From an uncultured Chloroflexia bacterium (GTDB taxonomy: Bacteria; Chloroflexota; Limnocylindria; Limnocylindrales; CSP1-4), in contig CAVUZY010000007.1 in the NCBI GenBank assembly GCA_963746075.1, positions 143,338-207,337 on the forward strand: a stretch of DNA of 64,000 bases. The letters run 5' to 3'. The notes beneath the pieces were generated by a model that did no database searches, was not told the origin of the DNA, and saw only the letters and a list, made by a program, of their open reading frames with translations. Shown here one piece after another: positions 61,752 to 64,000 of the stretch. Each line of letters starts with the position of its first letter. Positions within the stretch are counted from its first letter, which is position 1. Made by a program: the position numbers and the translations under genes.

Positions 61752-63072
61752 GGCCACGGCTCGACACGTCGCCCGCGTCGCCGCATCACTCGACTTCGAC
61801 GCCCTGCCACCCCGGGCGGTCAGCGAAGCCAAGACCGCCGTGCTCGACGTCGTCGGAGTGATGGTCGCGGGCGCGCGGTCAGACCACGGAAGGCGCTTCG
61901 GAGCGTACTTTCGTGGCAGCTCCGCCCCCGGTCGGGCTTCGGTGGTCGGCGAGGCGGACGGTCGCCCTGCCTCCCAGGCCGCCCTTGCCAACGGCACCTT
62001 CGCCCACATCCTGGACTTCGACGACCGCGGCCATGCCAGCACGCACCTGTTCAGCTCGTTGCTGGCGGTCGCGGAGACGCGCGGTGGCGACGGCAAGGCC
62101 TTCCTGCGGGCGTACGTCCTCGGGCGTGAGTTCCGGGTCCTCCTCGATGGTGTCGTCGACGACGGGCGGATGGACGGCCGCGGCCCGGGTTCGCGCGGCT
62201 GGCACTCGACGGGCGTGAACGGACCGATCGCATCGGCGCTCGCGAGCGCTCTGCTGATGAACCTGGATTCGGACGCGATTGCCGGCGCGGTGGGATCCGC
62301 CGCCTCGAGCTCGAGTGGTTTGATCGCCAACTTCGGCACCCCGACGAAGCCGCTCCACGCCGGGCGCGCCGCCGCTGACGGCGTTGTCGCGGCAGAGCTC
62401 GCGGAGGCGGGCCTCGCCGGCGATCCGGCCGCGATCGACGGACCGGCGGGGCTCTTCGATGCGCTCGGTGTGGATCGGGTCGAGGCAGCCGCTCGAATCA
62501 CCGAGCGCTACGGGCGAACGTGGGACCTGGTCGAGCGTGGCGTTCGGATCAAGCCGTACCCCAGCTGCACGACGACCCACCCCGGAATCGAGACGGCCCT
62601 CCGGCTCGCGCGTCGGAACGGATCGATCCCGCTCGACGAGATCGAGCGGGTGACGATGGACCTCCGTCCCTTCATGCTCCGGCGGGCCAGACCGACGGAC
62701 GCGCTCGAGGCGCGGTTCAACATGGCCCACGGCGTCCTCACGGCGCTCACCGAGGGGGCGTGCTCGCCCGCCGACTACCGCATGGAACGGGTCGCGGCGC
62801 TACGCGGAGCCCGCGGCTACGATCGGGTCATTCACGAGGAGGGCGCTCCGTCGATCGTCGTGACCCTCCGCGACGGCTCGGAGCTGCGTGAGCCACTCGC
62901 GCCCTTGCGCAACCTCGATGACGCGGCGGACATCGTCGCCAAGTTTCACGCCTGCACGGAGCCAGCCTGGAGCGCGGACGATCGCGAGGGGGTCGAATTG
63001 GTCATCGCGAATCTCGAGGGGGCCGCCGATCTGCGCGAGCTCGGAGCGGCCCTTCGACGAGCCGGCACCTAG
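61741..63072 (+). CDS. MmgE/PrpD family protein
   Basis: GTG 61741 overlaps the lyase 3' end by 11 nt. ALANGTFAHILDFDD, GWHSTG and KPYPSCTTTHP are PrpD-family motifs. Confidence 0.85.
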   Translation: MAPEATARHVARVAASLDFDALPPRAVSEAKTAVLDVVGVMVAGARSDHGRRFGAYFRGSSAPGRASVVGEADGRPASQAALANGTFAHILDFDDRGHASTHLFSSLLAVAETRGGDGKAFLRAYVLGREFRVLLDGVVDDGRMDGRGPGSRGWHSTGVNGPIASALASALLMNLDSDAIAGAVGSAASSSSGLIANFGTPTKPLHAGRAAADGVVAAELAEAGLAGDPAAIDGPAGLFDALGVDRVEAAARITERYGRTWDLVERGVRIKPYPSCTTTHPGIETALRLARRNGSIPLDEIERVTMDLRPFMLRRARPTDALEARFNMAHGVLTALTEGACSPADYRMERVAALRGARGYDRVIHEEGAPSIVVTLRDGSELREPLAPLRNLDDAADIVAKFHACTEPAWSADDREGVELVIANLEGAADLRELGAALRRAGT

Positions 63073-63097
63073 CCCAGGTTCAGCTCCCGAAGCCGCC

Positions 63098-63856
63098 TCA
63101 GCCGGCGAGCAAGCGGCCGCGATCGGCGACCGGCTCGAACCGGTCGAGCTGGGTCAGCGGGTACCAGACGAAGGCCGCCAGGGGCGACAGGACCGGCCTG
63201 TCGAACTCCTGTTCAAGGGCGACCGCGGCGAACAGGGTGGGCCAGTTAGGGCAGGCCAGGTAGAGCCCGTCGGCGTCCGGGTAGTCGCGCAGCAGCTCGC
63301 GCCCGAGGTTTGCGGCTGCGTCGTTCCCGAGGAGGCCGCGATCCTTCATCGGGATGGCGGCGCCGCGAACGTCGACGACGTCGAACCCAGCTCGCTCCAT
63401 GTAGGCGCCCAGGGGCACGTTGATCTTCTCGTTCCACGGCGACCCGATGAGGATCCGGTTCATGCCGAGGTGGCGCAGGGCGGCAACCTCCATCGTCTGG
63501 GAGGTCGTGACCGGGATCGAGCCAACCTTCGCGACGACCTCGGCCACGATCTCGGCCTCGAACTCGGGCGGCCGCAGGACCACCAGGGGCGTGCCGGCGA
63601 TCACGATGAAGTCCACCGCCGTTCGCGCGAGTGCGACCGCCGCGTCGACGATCCCGGCGATCGCGCGCGGGAGCTGGGACTCGTCCATCTCGGTGATCGT
63701 CAGCTCGGCGAACGCCAGCGTCGTGCCCGGAGGAGCCGCCTGATAGAACTCGTACGGCTTGACCTCGCTGATCGCCGCCGGGCTGATGGACCCGATTCGA
63801 GCGCGATACCCATAGGACCTGTCGAGCACGCGACGCCGCCCTCCCTCGTTCTGCAT
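63098..63856 (-). CDS. Maleate cis-trans isomerase / arylmalonate decarboxylase family (Asp/Glu racemase superfamily)
   Basis: 252-aa ORF. YRARIGSISPAA N-terminal strand, VTTS, and LACPNWPT with the second conserved Cys. Start may be an internal GVL GTG. Confidence 0.75.
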   Translation of the reverse strand: MQNEGGRRRVLDRSYGYRARIGSISPAAISEVKPYEFYQAAPPGTTLAFAELTITEMDESQLPRAIAGIVDAAVALARTAVDFIVIAGTPLVVLRPPEFEAEIVAEVVAKVGSIPVTTSQTMEVAALRHLGMNRILIGSPWNEKINVPLGAYMERAGFDVVDVRGAAIPMKDRGLLGNDAAANLGRELLRDYPDADGLYLACPNWPTLFAAVALEQEFDRPVLSPLAAFVWYPLTQLDRFEPVADRGRLLAG

Positions 63857-63866
63857 AATGTATGCA
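63852..63866. promoter_or_regulatory. Palindromic operator candidate, copy 2 (isomerase / flavoprotein divergent region)
   Basis: TGCATA-atg-TATGCA, a perfect 6-3-6 palindrome. It overlaps the annotated ATG (63856-63854) of the minus-strand gene. Confidence 0.55.
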
Positions 63867-63923
63867 CAACCTACACTGGCTGCGACGCGTCGGCAACGCG
63901 TCCCGGATGACGGAGGGCTGCGG

Positions 63924-64000
63924 GTGACGCCTGGTCGCGAGCGTGTCGACGTCGTGGTCGTGGGCGCGGGAACGGCGGCGTACGAGGCGGCGGTTGCAGC
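63924..64000 (+). CDS. FAD-dependent oxidoreductase, N-terminus only (continues beyond window)
   Basis: GTG 63924: VTPGRERVDVVVVGAGTAAYEAAVAA contains the GxGxxA dinucleotide-binding fingerprint. Confidence 0.5.
   Translation, partial: MTPGRERVDVVVVGAGTAAYEAAVA

Noticed and set aside
1-64000. Mobile elements, prophage, genomic-island borders, tRNA/rRNA genes.
   Set aside because: I found no transposase, integrase, recombinase or phage-like translations in any frame, no tRNA-like cloverleaf candidates in the few AT-richer spacers, and no long terminal inverted or direct repeats other than the small 22-bp pair at 34355/34488.

Overview
This is a 64-kb, roughly 72% GC, gene-dense chromosomal segment. 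It has an actinobacterial flavour: PpgK, a maltokinase-type kinase, a GlnA-like synthetase, EthD, GGAGG-type ribosome-binding sites, and many ATGA/GTGA overlaps between adjacent genes. I resolve 60 protein-coding loci plus about 10 regulatory, repeat or hairpin elements. I found no rRNA, tRNA, CRISPR array, transposase, integrase or phage genes. All functional calls come from reading the supplied translations and the DNA for family-diagnostic motifs; no database search was possible, so family names are motif-based recollection.

Gene content in order:
- ECF S-component and nucleoside hydrolase, a secreted papain-like protein, and a decayed KamB/NpmA-type 16S rRNA methyltransferase.
- GrpB, PurE, NUDIX, GNAT, an aldehyde dehydrogenase, a Kef-type antiporter, PpgK and an SDR.
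- A divergent MarR/ankyrin pair.
- A six-GAF hybrid histidine kinase, a receiver-nucleotidyl cyclase and an Hpt protein.
- A photolyase next to a B12-type LitR/CarH regulator, with a putative light regulon (fasciclin, SRPBCC-NAD(P) fusion, sigma2-only protein).
- A heavily frameshifted glutamine-synthetase-like gene and an APC permease.
- A hypothetical / ComEC-type MBL hydrolase / DUF3006-like trio.
- A sodC-padR-membrane-padR-membrane operon.
- A fumarase-family lyase and a 1736-aa thioester-less alpha-2-macroglobulin.
- A GNAT, an alpha/beta hydrolase, EthD and two crotonases.
- A hemerythrin, a KdpD-C-terminal-type kinase with an OmpR-type regulator, and a large APC permease.
- A glycosyltransferase / PI3K-HipA-like kinase / DUF3037 operon, divergent from a maltokinase-like kinase and a SIS gene.
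- An organic-acid-type cluster (enolase superfamily, ADP-forming CoA ligase, ASL/fumarase-type lyase, PrpD family, maleate-isomerase family, flavoprotein).

Main hunt results:
1. About 26 frame disruptions are concentrated in 12 genes, while about 27 kb elsewhere has none.
2. A complete H1-D1-H2-D2 phosphorelay ends in a nucleotidyl cyclase.
3. An identical AT-rich palindrome occurs in both divergent promoter regions of the organic-acid cluster.
4. A translationally coupled GT / PI3K-HipA-like kinase / DUF3037 operon has no known function.
5. A LitR/CarH locus carries 11-bp-phased TACA motifs around back-to-back promoters.
6. A near-consensus promoter with phased TATATC operator repeats sits in front of sodC-padR.
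7. A 340-bp ORF-less structured spacer lies between convergent genes.
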